A stretch of 62,206 bases of DNA, the filler included, from Phoronis australis (lineage: Eukaryota; Animalia; Phoronida): assembly GCA_002633005.1 (NCBI GenBank). It is 9 parts of 9 records of this genome, joined end to end, with 100 filler letters (N's around TTAATTAATTAA, not from the genome) between each part and the next. Parts side by side here need not be neighbours in the genome. Positions count along the whole stretch, not along the records: positions 36,717 to 47,733 come from NMRA01000102.1; positions 47,834 to 52,359 come from NMRA01002564.1; 7 more parts are not named here. One strand, 5' to 3'. Position numbers and translations under genes: made by a program. This document shows positions 39,218 to 50,771 of this stretch, in pieces. Under the pieces are notes generated by a model. It was not told the origin of the DNA. It saw only the letters and a list, made by a program, of their open reading frames with translations, and searched no databases. Within the stretch, counting starts at the first letter, position 1; the number at the start of each line of letters is the position of its first letter.

Positions 39218-39341
39218 CATGCCAACGTGTTTATCAATGTTAAAAATCCGTTTGTTTGCACCAACTTCATAAAGCTTCGATGTCACAATTTTCTCCACAC
39301 CCAACACAACTCCATCCTTTCCACGGATGCCAATTGCAGTA
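39218..39341 (-). CDS. PSMA3: PSMA3 exon 3 ([41 protein letters not shown])
   Basis: AG/GT bounded, phase 2 to 0. Confidence 0.93.
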
Positions 39342-39853
39342 CTGAAAGTATGATATGATTTTGTACAATGTACTTTAGATGCCTATTGCAGTACTGAAAG
39401 TATGATATGATTTTGTACAATGTACTTTAGATGCCTATTGCAGTGCTGAAAGTATGATATGATTTTGTACAATGTACTTTAGATGCCTATTGCAGTGCTG
39501 AAAGTATGATATGATTTTGTACAATGTATTTTAGATGCCTATTGCAGTACTGAAAGTATGATATGATTTTGTACAATGTATTTTAGATGCCTATTGCAGT
39601 ACTGAAAGTATGATATGATTTTGTATGACAATGTACTTTAGATGCCTATTGCAGTGCTGAAAGTATGATATGATTTTGTACAATGTATTTTAGATGCCTA
39701 TTGCAGTACTGAAAGTATGATATGATTTTGTACAATGTACTTTAGATGCCTATTGCAGTGCTGAAAGTATGATATGATTTTGTACAATGTATTTTAGATG
39801 CCTATTGCAGTGCTGAAAGTATGATATGATTTTGTACAATGTACTTTAGATGC
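39326..39853. repeat. 52-bp tandem array, 10 units, overlapping and duplicating the PSMA3 intron 2/exon 3 boundary
   Basis: Unit GATGCCTATTGCAGTACTGAAAGTATGATATGATTTTGTACAATGTACTTTA. One unit has a 3-bp insertion. Confidence 0.95.
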
Positions 39854-40167
39854 ACGCGAATAAGGGTTTTCCCTCTGTGACAATACAAACATGGCTCAAA
39901 TTGCTGTGTGTGTTTTTATGTCCTAACTTTGCTTTATGTTAATTCACAAAAACAAGTTACACATTGTTGAGTAATTTTCTAACATCAAAGGCAAAATTTG
40001 TCTTATAAAAGTAGAGAAGTAACGCTTTTCAAATATGGCTCAAAATTTTAAATATGATTAGGGATTTCCAAACATGGCTAAAATTTTTCAAAAATCAACA
40101 CAGCAAAATATTTAGAAAATGAAAGTAATTTGGCGATATTTATAAATTACTCATGAAATGACACTTA

Positions 40168-40275
<108 letters not shown>

Positions 40276-41153
40276 TTAAGCCTTTTAACAATAGTTTTTT
40301 GGCAGATCCTGAAGGCACTGGCAGGATATAGCGATCCCTGATTTTGAGAACCAGGCGATCACTGAATAACAAGCCTGTTATTGAGTGGATGAAACTGGTT
40401 CTCAAAATCAGGCACCACTATATATCCGACCAGCACCAATCCAGATATTGGGAACAAGGCAATCAGTGAATACTGACTCCGATCCAGTGGATGTACTTGG
40501 GTCTCAAAATCAGTGGAGTAACGGGATTGGTGATACAATCTGCACTACATAGATCACTTAACTTCTGACTGACTATGCATTGTTCATTGAGCGGTACTCA
40601 TTGGTCTCAAACTGATTTTGTCGTTTGTGGACAATAGGAACATTGTAAAATAGCCTGTGGTTGGTTGCATAGTAAAATGGCCTGTGGTTGGTTGCATTGT
40701 TCAGAGAGTCACGGGTAGTCTTAGTTCTCTCATGAGAGCCAAAAAGTTGCTGGTTCCTATATTGCAACTAGCTTGTTGTCCGTCTAAGACGTCTTGTCAG
40801 GTTCCAGTTCAACCCATTTTGGGCAATGACTAGTTGATTACTACATCATTATGAATGAAACAAAGACCATTCTATCCACAATAATCAGGTTCTGTGAAAT
40901 TTTAATGAACTGAGTGCAATTACTATCGTCTTCGATATTCGTTATTATGAACAGCGCCAGTGGCCGCTTGTAGTCAGACAGACATGGTCAATAATATCAC
41001 AACATTTACATGATCTTGCTTGTCATTCGTGATTGTCGGTTTCCATTCATAATTTTTTAAAGGAATCGCAACTGGTTTCCAACACAATGGGTATAATATA
41101 ACTGGGACAACATGCATTAATTGAAATACGATAAAGACAATAAAAATTCTTAC

Positions 41154-41174
41154 CCCAGTGCCGATAGAACTCAT
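41154..41174 (-). CDS. PSMA3: PSMA3 coding exon 1 (MSSIGTG), copy A
   Basis: ATGAGTTCTATCGGCACTGGG|GTAAG. Confidence 0.85.
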
Positions 41175-41304
41175 TTTATTTATTTTTTTTTNNNNNNNNN
41201 NNNNNNNNNNNNNNNNNNNNNNNNNNNNNNNNNNNNNNNNNNNNNNNNNNNNNNNNNNNNNNNNNNNNNNNNNNNNNNNNNNNNNNNNNNNNNNNNNNNN
41301 NNNN

Positions 41305-41576
41305 AAAAAGTTGAGTTCACGATTTTGGGAACTGAAATAGGGACTGCTCGAAGAAAAAGTTTCATAACGGGAGTATTTGTTCGAGTTGGAAGGAATTAAA
41401 CACATCGACAACCTCCTAAGGTGTTCCTCTATGCGCAAAAGGTATTTGTAACAACGTGACTTTGATGGTTTAGTCGGTGCGAGGCATAATTCGCCGAAAA
41501 GCTTCCGGCGTACAGAGCGCCTATAGCCTCTACATCGCCTCTGCTTCGGGCCAACAGAGGCGATGGTCATTGCCTA
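41305..41576. mobile_element. One TIR of the MULE-like element seen at 10123-11049; the rest is in the gap
   Basis: Near-identical to 10780-11049 and ends GGTCATTGCCTA. Confidence 0.9.
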
Positions 41577-41729
41577 AACATTTACATGATCTTGCTTGTC
41601 ATTCGTGATTGTCGGTTTCCATTCATAATTTTTTAAAGGAATCGCAACTGGTTTCCAACACAATGGGTATAATATAACTGGGACAACATGCATTAATTGA
41701 AATACGATAAAGACAATAAAAATTCTTAC

Positions 41730-41750
41730 CCCAGTGCCGATAGAACTCAT
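41730..41750 (-). CDS. PSMA3: PSMA3 coding exon 1, copy B (probably the other haplotype)
   Basis: 41577-41768 duplicates 41001-41191 across an N gap. Confidence 0.8.
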
Positions 41751-42067
41751 TTTATTTATTTTTTTTTTGTCACCGGCTTCTCTCCACAAGTTAAAAATGT
41801 CTAACTTCCTGTTACGCAGGCATTGCCATCGAATAATTCTTTTAGGGATTAAAGTGGTGTTTTGGACAAAAATGTATCATTTTGATAAAATAAAGAAGAA
41901 TATAATACACTATATGAGTTAATAAAATGAAAATAATGTGGTTAATCTATCAACTTTAAATCGAAAGTATATTTTGTATATTTGACAGGGACATCTGCTG
42001 GACAACCAGTAAACCACTTTGCTGAGTTGTTCAATTTACTCTGTCAGCTGTGGTGTTTGGTGTGAAA
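41751..42067. promoter_or_regulatory. Putative bidirectional promoter/5' UTR region between PSMA3 and the AEP transaminase
   Basis: Divergent ATGs at 41750 (-) and 42068 (+). A tttgacag acceptor at 41981-41988 suggests a spliced 5' UTR for the + gene. Confidence 0.5.
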
Positions 42068-42188
42068 ATGACTTCAAAATTGCCTAAACTACTGGTGCGC
42101 CGTGCGGTTTTGGGAGTGAACCTTGCCAGTGACGCTTCTACAACCAGTCCATTTTACAAAAGGCTTATTTCTACGACTAGCGTTGCAG
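42068..42188 (+). CDS. Putative first coding exon of the AEP transaminase, a mitochondrial-type presequence (MTSKLPKLLVRRAVLGVNLASDASTTSPFYKRLISTTSVA)
   Basis: aaaATG context and a GCAG|GTAGAA phase-1 donor matching the phase-1 acceptor at 43636. The peptide is basic and S/T-rich with only one acidic residue. Confidence 0.65.
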
Positions 42189-42250
42189 GTAGAAAAGTTA
42201 AAAAGTTGAAAGTTACTGTCTACTGAACTGGACAGGTCAACGGCACAGTC

Positions 42251-42341
42251 ACAGGCGTCCTCAGCTTCTGGTCGTCCCCAATACACTTTATTTATATAAT
42301 ATAAAGTGTATTGGGGACGATCAGAAGCTGAGGACGCCTGT
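42251..42341. repeat. 91-bp near-perfect hairpin
   Basis: ACAGGCGTCCTCAGCTTCTG.TCGTCCCCAATACACTTTAT, an AT loop, then the reverse complement. Confidence 0.9.
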
Positions 42342-42370
42342 TGTCAGGGGCGGGGATTCAGGGCTTTACA

Positions 42371-42963
42371 TGGGCGGTGATCGCCATCTCATATATGCAA
42401 GAGTATTTTAAAGAAATTAGGTCTTAAGTCAGGTTGTTATAAATACCTGGCTTATGTGCATAGAAGACACCTAATCCTGGAGGCCGTGGATGTCTGTAAT
42501 TATTTCCAACTCAAACAAATACTCCCTATATCAAACTTTTTCTTCAAGCAGTCCTTTGTTCAATTCCGAGCCTTGGTACAAAGCTGTATAGTCTTCATAC
42601 AGCTAGCTGGCTGGCTATTCAGTTCCCAAAATTGGTAAATGGCCATTTTTATGACTACATGTGGTAGGTGGTATGACATCACATTCCCTGGAGTGAGCAC
42701 TGTAAAAATGGCCAGTTACCGATTTTGGGAACTGAACGAAGGACTGCTCGAAGAAAAAATTTGGTAACGGGAGTATTTGTTCGAGTTGGAAGGAATTAAA
42801 GACATCGATGGCCTAAGGTTTCCCCTCTATGTGCATAAGGTATTTATAACAATGTGACTTTTTAGTCAGTGTGAGGCATAATTTGCAGAAAATCTTCCGG
42901 TGTATGAAGCGCCTATAGGAGCAACACCGTCTTTAGCCAGCTAGACATGGTGATCACTGTCTA
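42371..42963. mobile_element. Older diverged member of the MULE-like family
   Basis: Arms resemble the 10123-11049 TIRs. Flanks GGCTTTACA / GGTTTGACA form a 7/9 decayed TSD. Confidence 0.75.
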
Positions 42964-43635
42964 GGTTTGACACTGAGTCTGACTGCTAACAATAGTTTGG
43001 CATGCTATTTTGAAATTTCACTTGCCCAACAGGAAAAGATAACTGCTGTCTGGTCGTTGGGCTATTGTTAGTGTCAATACCTGGAGCCTCTTTCTCAAAT
43101 GGTAAAACCCAGACAGTCCAGCCAAAACAGCAAATATGTCACTATTTAACCTGGTACTTGTGGAATGGTTTGTCACTCAGTTTATCTCCTTTTGCTAATG
43201 AATCAAAATGGTCATGAAACACTGACTTTGATCAATTTTCATGTGGGTTGAAAAGTTATTGAGTGTGAGTGGTCACAGATTGACATGCATGTCAAGCCTG
43301 TTTTACTCGTATCAAAAATGGAGCAAAGTTTAGCAGTGACATATTGGACGCAGTGGCAGAAATGTTTGAGTAAGCTGCAAACAACCCACTACCACACCAC
43401 AACTTGGCCACCAATGTTTCGAAACCCTCCCTCCCCCACACTACCTTTTGGTCACCAATGTTGCTAAACTATCCCTCCACCACTTGGCCACCAGTTTTGC
43501 GAAACTGTCCCTCCCCCTCACCACCACTTGGCCACCAGTGTTGCTAACCCAGGATAGCAGATGTCAAAACTATGCATCACTAGGGCTGTACCTCCTATCC
43601 TTGTTGAAGTTTGTACAGACTGATTTATTTTTTAG

Positions 43636-43779
43636 GTGCTGACAAGAAGCTCTTTACTCCCGGACCTTTGGGAGTGACAATGTCTGTGAAGGAGGCTATG
43701 TTAAGAGACTTGGGGTCCAGGGACATGGAATTTATTGACACAGTCAAACTGATAAGACGGAAACTGGTGGAAGTAGCAG
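43636..43779 (+). CDS. phnW: 2-aminoethylphosphonate-pyruvate transaminase (PhnW/AEPT-like, class V PLP aminotransferase) exon
   Basis: [30 protein letters not shown] matches the PhnW LLTPGPLT..TVKEAMLxDxGSxD motif. AG/GT bounded. Confidence 0.9.
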
Positions 43780-45553
43780 GTAGTGTAATACAAGTTGCAT
43801 TTAGGAATTAGAAAATGGAAATTTTAAAGGTGCTATAAACTATTTTCCTGGGTCAAAACTGATCATCTCCACAAGTGTATTTTTCTCTTCCAAGGCAACA
43901 TTGTTGTGTTCTTATTCATTGTATTGAGTTGAAATTGGTTGCAATGATACACCTGGAAATGTCCTGATAGTCATGCTGCCTCAACAGTTTAACTGTCGTG
44001 ATTTGCAAATTGAATGAGTTTGGTCTTTTAGCAATAACTATTATAGCAAGATCTTTTCAAGCTAAGAAATAATCTTTAATCTGTAGAAGGAGACTGGTTA
44101 CATTGTCATATAATAGAGTGGCTTGATTTAAAGAGTTCGCTTGTGTGAGTTTATTTCCCCTTTAAAAATTTAATGATAACAAAAGATGTAAAATTGTAAC
44201 ATTAACTACGTAAATGGCAGGTGTTGTTTAGCATTCATTTGATGGTCAATATAGTATTCATTAATAAAACATAATGAAATGATGGAATTAAGCTGAATCA
44301 CGCTGATATATTTGATAGTTTAAAACAATCAAAATAATAAAATAATATTAATTACTAGTGTGAAACGGTAAAAAAGTACTAGTGAATGTGATAAGTATCG
44401 TTTAAAAATAAAAAAAAACGAACTAAAGTTAAAAAATATCAGCTGTGAGTGGATTTTGCTGGCATAATTAGTTCTTGTTATCCAATTGTCACAATGTAGG
44501 TTGACAGAGCTAAAGAGTACCTAGAAACTGACTGTAGAATGATGAACATTTAAACTTTATTATTAGGTAGCTGTCAGTTGGTATTGTCTTTACATTTATC
44601 CATTCCTATTAAAAATTCTACATTGAAGACTTTTTCCTTCAGTAATATTTTAAGAATATGCTGGGCATTAAATTATTATGGCCCGGTCAATTTTATTTAT
44701 TAATTACTAAATGTGTAATTATTATCTTTGCCAATTGTATACTTGGAGGCAGCTTGTCCACAATAAAATGTTTGTAGAAACAAATTAATTGACCCTGACC
44801 GTGACTTGTTACAAATTTTATTATAGCTTGTTTGAATTAAAGTTGCTATGCTCAGCCCTCTTATGACAGCTGAACAAATTTTATCAGCTTTGCATGTTTA
44901 TGTATTGATTAATAGACCAGCTGCCTACTTGATATTATGCCTAAGTGATGAAACTGGTAAAAAATCAATATTTTTGGAGGCTTAAATTTATTTTAAAATG
45001 TTTTCATTTAATATGCACTTGCATAGTGAAGGTTTCAATTGAAAGTAAAACATTCAATACTATATTGAGAATGAGACTTCTCTGCTGGTCTGCATATTTG
45101 CCTATTCCTAGTACCTCTGAAGCCCCTCGTCTTCTTCAACAACTCTAGTGGCAGGAAGTCTGGTTAGATGGGAACGTGTTTGTCTTTTGATGCTGTCTTT
45201 AATCTCATTCCTTGCTAAGGACAGTTTGTACCTAGTGCAAGATCTCAGTGTTTTCATTGCCAAACTCAAGACGAACATTTTGTTAAAGCATTCATGTTAA
45301 GGCATTCAATGTAAAACACACAGTTGTGTTGGTGCTAGCATCTACGCATTTGAGATAAATTCTTATTCTCATGTGTCTCACCTCATTTTATATGGGCAGT
45401 GTCAAAGAATTTTTAGTGTTGTTTTTGTACGACAATGCTCAAGTATTCAAGACATTCAAGACTTTTCTTCATGTTGAAATGCATCTTCTACCTCTCCCAT
45501 ATTTCTAATGTAAAAAGAGTGAAATTCCATCAAGTGAAGCTCTTCCCTTTCAG

Positions 45554-45654
45554 GTGTCTCACTAGATGACTATACATGTATCCCTATACAGGGGAGTGGC
45601 ACCTTTGCTGTTGAGTCATTTTTCCAAACTGCTGTCCCTATACAAGGGTCAAAG
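45554..45654 (+). CDS. phnW: AEP transaminase exon (VSLDDYTCIPIQGSGTFAVESFFQTAVPIQGSK)
   Basis: QGSGTFAVE PLP-phosphate motif, phase 1 to 0. Confidence 0.9.
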
Positions 45655-46637
45655 GTAAGACTAATATCTGGAAGATACTGAGATTTGAAGTGTGGAATCT
45701 TTTGTGGAGATTCTTTGATTATAATGTGGAGATTCTTTGATTATGTTGTGTGGCTGCTGTTATTATGACTTGGTTGAAGAGGTTATTGAATATTTTCTTG
45801 TGATAGGTCACTGGTGGTATTATGTGGTGTGTTATATTGATTATCAGTTCCTACGTTGTGATATGGGCTGGTGGCTGCTCATGAAATAGTTTTATTTCAT
45901 AGGTGTTATATATTTGTCATCTCTGTCCAGCACCTGCTTCTCCATCTGTCTTATAGCTGCCCAGAGTTCACAACTGTTTCTCATGAACATTTTATAGGAC
46001 ACTTGTTAAATTTGACAATTGTGTTCTTAAAAAATTTGATGATTCTGTTTCTAGCACTTGGTAGAAACCTGACTGACTTTGATTTTAGCCTTTTTTTCCT
46101 ATTACTGTGTCTCCTAGTTGATTTTTTTGCACTCTCTTGCCTCTTTATCTACAAAGTTTGACGATGGTTCATAAATCAAAGTTTGCAGATATGATTTTTA
46201 TCACGAACAGAACAGCATTTGTTCAAGTTTGATTATTTGCTGTTCTCCCGAGTCACTGTATTCACTTTTGGTAACCACCTCTCTATTTATTTGGAAGAAT
46301 AATCAGTGAGCATGACTGGCATTGATTTTTGAATGGATAAGACTGCTTCAGTGCACCCTTGTGGTAATTTTAGTCTTCTGTTCGGCAACCTCTACCTATC
46401 TACCACGATTGCATTTGATGATTTTCGGATAATTAGCTATGTCACAAGTGTTTGCTCACTGATGTGCGTGGAAATGTTTGAAAAAATGATCAGCCGCTAT
46501 ATGATCACCCACTGGTGATGCAGATGGTGAGTACATATCAGAGCTCTGTGTTGATCTTTTCCTTGAGTTCATATTTTTGTGTTTGCATTTCTTGTTTTTT
46601 ATCACCGAATTTATTTATTAAATCCGTTATTTTATAG

Positions 46638-46878
46638 GTTTTGGTATTTGAGGGAGGAGCCTATGGGAAGAGACTGGGACAGATATGTCGTGTATTGGGT
46701 ATCGATGTTCACGTAGAGAGTGTGCCAGAAAACGAAAAGATCTCTCCAGCTCTTGCGGAGAAGTTACTGAAGTCAGACGCAGCATTTACTCACATGGCTG
46801 TCGTCCATTGTGAGACAAGCTCTGGTGTGGTGAACCCTGTGGAAGACATTGGTCGAGTCGTCAAACAGCATAACAAAG
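46638..46878 (+). CDS. phnW: AEP transaminase exon; the gene is truncated by the contig end
   Basis: GAYGKRLGQI and THMAVVHCETSSGVVNPVEDIG motifs, phase 0 to 1. Confidence 0.9.
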
Positions 46879-47237
46879 GTTGGTTAAAAACTACTTATTA
46901 TAAAAGATTTATTGAAAATGATTTAATGCAAAATATGTCATAACCCATAAATGCAGAATGAAATGCACACTATAAAAAGATACAGAATTTTTAGGCATCC
47001 AATTATAGACTTAAAAAGTTTGAAATGATAACTTACGTGGACTGTATCTCACTTTTTTGATTTTTCTTGTACAACAGAGGTATTGGCCATCAAAACTGAA
47101 ATGTTGTGATTTTGATGACTCATGTCTTTGTTGTTTGGGGTTAAATAATAAATCTGAGGCACAGTTTCCTGACTATGTTTCTAAATTGTTGATCATGTTA
47201 TTGAAAGACTGTGTGACATTTTATGACACAAATTGCA

Positions 47238-47733
47238 TTTTTATGCGCCCACATGTTTATATGTGGACGCATTATGCCGTCATCTCCGTCCGTCCGTCCG
47301 TCCGTCCGGGCGGCGTCTGTCCGGCGTCCGGCGTCCGCTGCTTTATCTCCAAAACCCTTTGACATACGTTCATGAAATTTGGCACATATGTTCCATTCAT
47401 TAATGGGACAGCATATGTGAACTTTCGGACGGATCCGACTACCAGTGTGCCCCCTAGTGGCAATTTTAGTTTTTTACGCTTACCTTTGTATCTTCAAAAG
47501 TCCTGAACGGATTTTCATAAAATTTAATATGTAGGCACCTATTAGTGAGATGACGCTATGCTGCCGTTTTCAGATGGATTCAACATAGTTTGCGCCACCT
47601 AGTGGCCATTTTTAGTGTTTTCGAGTCTGTTTTTGTGCATCCACCCCTCTATCAACCAAACCGCTCAAAGGATGATTGTGAAAATTGGCATGTATATGCT
47701 TACTATGTAGAGGACAGTTGACGATGATTTTCC
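47238..47733 (+). mobile_element. HINE/DINE-like non-autonomous Helentron-type repeat; a related inverted remnant lies at ~37440-37615
   Basis: TTTTATGCGCCCAC start, subterminal palindrome, (CCGT)n microsatellite and a repeated core with GAAATTTGGCA. Confidence 0.55.
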
Positions 47734-47833
47734 NNNNNNNNNNNNNNNNNNNNNNNNNNNNNNNNNNNNNNNNNNNNTTAATTAATTAANNNNNNNNNNN
47801 NNNNNNNNNNNNNNNNNNNNNNNNNNNNNNNNN

Positions 47834-48340
47834 GAGTGATAACAGGCTCAGTTCGACACCCAGTGAAGAGGACAGTTCGTCGTCCAGTGAACAGATCGGT
47901 GAGCCAAACTTTGTTAAGTTTATTGTGGACTTGTCTAAAGTGCTATTTAGAAGGTGCCTGGTGTGTGGCGAGGGAGTCACACGACATGGTGTAAGAAGTT
48001 TGGGTGCTCAGGTCCCCATCCAGTGGGAGTGTGTCGCGGGACACTCTGGCAAGTGGGACAGTTGTTCCTCTGTCCGTGGTATGCCGCAGGTCCACTTAAC
48101 CATGTCCAGTAGTGTTTTGACCTCGTCGAACTCTGAACAGCACAAGCATTCCATTGAGATAGGCATAACAACGCACATAGTGAATTTGCACCAAGATGTG
48201 TCATCACGTCTGTCCTCAGTAGCCGCCTCGTTTCTCTCAACAGCTGCCTGTGCCTGTGCGTACTCTGCTTCGTTATACTCGGGCTCAAACATGTACCCAC
48301 CCACTGAATGTCCTTGAGAAAATTCCTCGTCACCACTGCT
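47834..48340. mobile_element. Internally deleted Kolobok: transposase fragment (+) fused to a KolX fragment (-)
   Basis: Plus strand LFRRCLVCG...GAQVPIQWECVAGHSGKWDS...LTMSSSVL. Minus strand YMFEPE...SWCKFTMCVVMPISMECLCCSE. The junction is near 48120. Confidence 0.75.
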
Positions 48341-49061
48341 AGCGGCTTATTCGTAACGGAAGTATGGCTAAGTATAGGCTCTCCCGCGATATCTCAGGCG
48401 ACCGGCAGTGGCGCTGCGCACTACGACTCCGTTTCTGTCGTCTGCTTCACTGTGCAATGAAGAAATTTTAGTGTCATTTTTTAAAGAAAATGGAACCTGA
48501 GTGACGATGAAAAAACAGAATCTGCTGGTAAGATTTGAATTTAAATCGAAGCCTTAGTGAATCACTCAGAAACTCATAATTCTCTCTTTGTCAAACTGAC
48601 TTTTAAGTCTTAAAAGACGATTTCCTAAGCAACCCGTCATTATTTCTAATACGAAAAACGGATTTGGTCTTTTGGGCATTTGAAGAGTATTTTAAATACA
48701 ACAAATTTGTTAAGAACCGATTGCACAAAATATAAAACGTGTTATAAACATTACAAAAAGAAGTAGGTTTCGCGCGCAAACGCTATGTATCATAAACAAG
48801 TAGGTCTCTTAGTATTTCTATAGCGGATAAGTCGTGGTAACGCACGCGCGCGCTAACCGCCAGGTCGCGAGTTCAAGTCTCTAGTGCGTGCATTTTTTCC
48901 TGTTTTGATATGTTCTTCGTGTTTTAATTTTCTTGGGGCAAACCCCCCTCCCGACCTCCCCCCTTCGGTGCTTTACGCAACTACAATCGTGGTTTGCGCA
49001 AATGCTTACAGCCGGACAAAATGTTGGGCCCCCCCTTTGTGATATCCTAGATCCGCCACTG

Positions 49062-49644
49062 CAGTAGTGGCTTGGCCACGTCGAACTCTGAACAGCACAA
49101 GCATTTCATTGAGGTAGGCATAACAACGCACACAGTGCATTTGCACCAAGATTCGTCGCCACGTCTGTCCTCAGTAGCCGCCTCGTTTCTCTCAACAGCT
49201 ACCTGTGCCTGTGCGTACTCTGCCTCTTTATACTCGGGCTCAAACATGTACCCACCCACTGAATGTCCGTGAAAAAATTCCTCCGTCACTCACACTACTG
49301 TCACTGTGGTACGGGTCACCGACTCCAGCCATTTTCAGCTTACAACACACTAAACAATCCCTAAATCCAACGTAGTTGAGTTCTCTACTAACCTATCTTG
49401 CCACAGAATACTCGCCGATGGAAATTGGTGGCGACAATTGTTGAAAAACAGCACAAAACAAAAGTAGAATAGAACAGATTCGCACGGTAAAGTCAACGCA
49501 AAACCAAGTGGCGGTAAACGCTTGCCTCCTAAAACGTCACTTCCGGAGTAGCGGACGAGTAATTAATAAAATTACGAAAAGCTGTAATTAAGTGGAAAAT
49601 ATGTCTAGGATAACCAACCAACCTTATTTTAGCTCAAAATGACA
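49062..49644 (-). mobile_element. Kolobok end with KolX 5' part (P2X7 C-terminal-like Cys cluster), cut by a MITE end at 49061
   Basis: YMFEPEY...RRGDESWCKCTVCVVMPTSMKCLCCSE. Inverted copy of 28994-29412. Confidence 0.75.
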
Positions 49645-50483
49645 CGGAAAAAATTATTCTTGCAGTGAAGTTCTTATGCGTCGAACTATCCAATTGAGTG
49701 TCAAAATCCAAATTCTTTATGTCCAAGACAGACGTTCTTTTGTAGGAAACGCGGACTGTGGTAGCTGTTCACTTATAGGATATCTGTAACTCTCTCTCTC
49801 CCTCCCTCCCTCCCTTCCTTCCCTCCCTCCCTCGCTTGAGGTCAAAGGTTACATTTTCCTTTTAGGGGAAATGTGCTATGTCTATGTCTTGACATAAATG
49901 AAGAGACGTGCTTTGCCTTGTGGGAGAAAAATCGACAAAGTGCCGAGCAGTGGACGAATATCAGCTGCAATCACAAACTAGTTACGAAAAGAGCCTAGAA
50001 ATACCTGCTGAGCAGGCTGAGTTCTCTTTCAGTGGCAGAGAACCATGTTCAATATTGCAATTTAGCCCGTTTAATACATTCCAGGCCTCTTTAAACGACT
50101 ATAACGGGTAGCGTTGGCTGACTCCCAGATTTGCATACACCGATCGTTATTACCTTTCAAATTGGTATAAGTTTCATGAGGAGATGACGAGAAGAACCAG
50201 CAGGGTGATAGGTAATTTCGAGGTCTACAAAAATTTACACTTACATGTATTTATTCCTAATTAACTTTGACTCTAATCTACCTAAAGCAAAAACAAGAAG
50301 GCTACAATGTATTTACTGTCATATGTTGTGACAACAAAATCATAGTTACAAATAATGATCACGATTCACCAAAAGAGCTTAACTCTGACAAGAACGTGAT
50401 TAACGATTTCTGATCAATATGGAAATAAATGCGTGCTGTAGCCATTAGCTGATCACAGACTTAGCGGCGTCAGACCGAACATC

Positions 50484-50771
50484 ATGTGTAAACACGGTTT
50501 AGTGTTTCTCATTTTTCTACAAGTGAGTTTTCAATTGAATTTCATTGAGGCTCTAGAGATAAACAACAGATTTTACACGGAAAAGACATCCGCATCAACA
50601 TGTCCGGGCAACCTAACCTTCACCGCTTCTTCTCTGATTGAATGTTCTCATCTCTGTTCCGTGGATCCCACTTGTGTCGCCATTCTGTATGTCGGTAGAA
50701 AGATTTGCTCAACTTGCAATACTGTGGAACAAGCAGTATCAAAGAACGGCGGAAACATTTTATGGTGGCGG
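50484..50771 (+). CDS. First exon of a secreted PAN/apple-domain-like protein
   Basis: Hydrophobic signal-like N-terminus, the PAN-type motif SLIECSHLCSVDPTCVAILY...C, and a CGG|GTGAGT donor. Confidence 0.6.

Noticed and set aside
32452-39853. Regular arrays (39, 21 and 52 bp) as CRISPR arrays or repeat proteins
   Set aside because: They are head-to-tail tandem repeats with no unique spacers and no cas genes, located in eukaryotic introns. Their ORFs are translation artefacts.
43636-46878. Bacterial contamination explaining the phnW-like gene
   Set aside because: It has canonical spliceosomal introns, host transposons and linkage to PSMA3.
48820-48900. tRNA gene (also ~3870-3955)
   Set aside because: A/B-box-like motifs are present, but I could not fold a convincing cloverleaf. 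More likely SINE heads.
48008-49289. P2X7 receptor gene
   Set aside because: There is no channel domain. The Cys-rich fragments are multicopy, truncated and embedded in Kolobok-like sequence.
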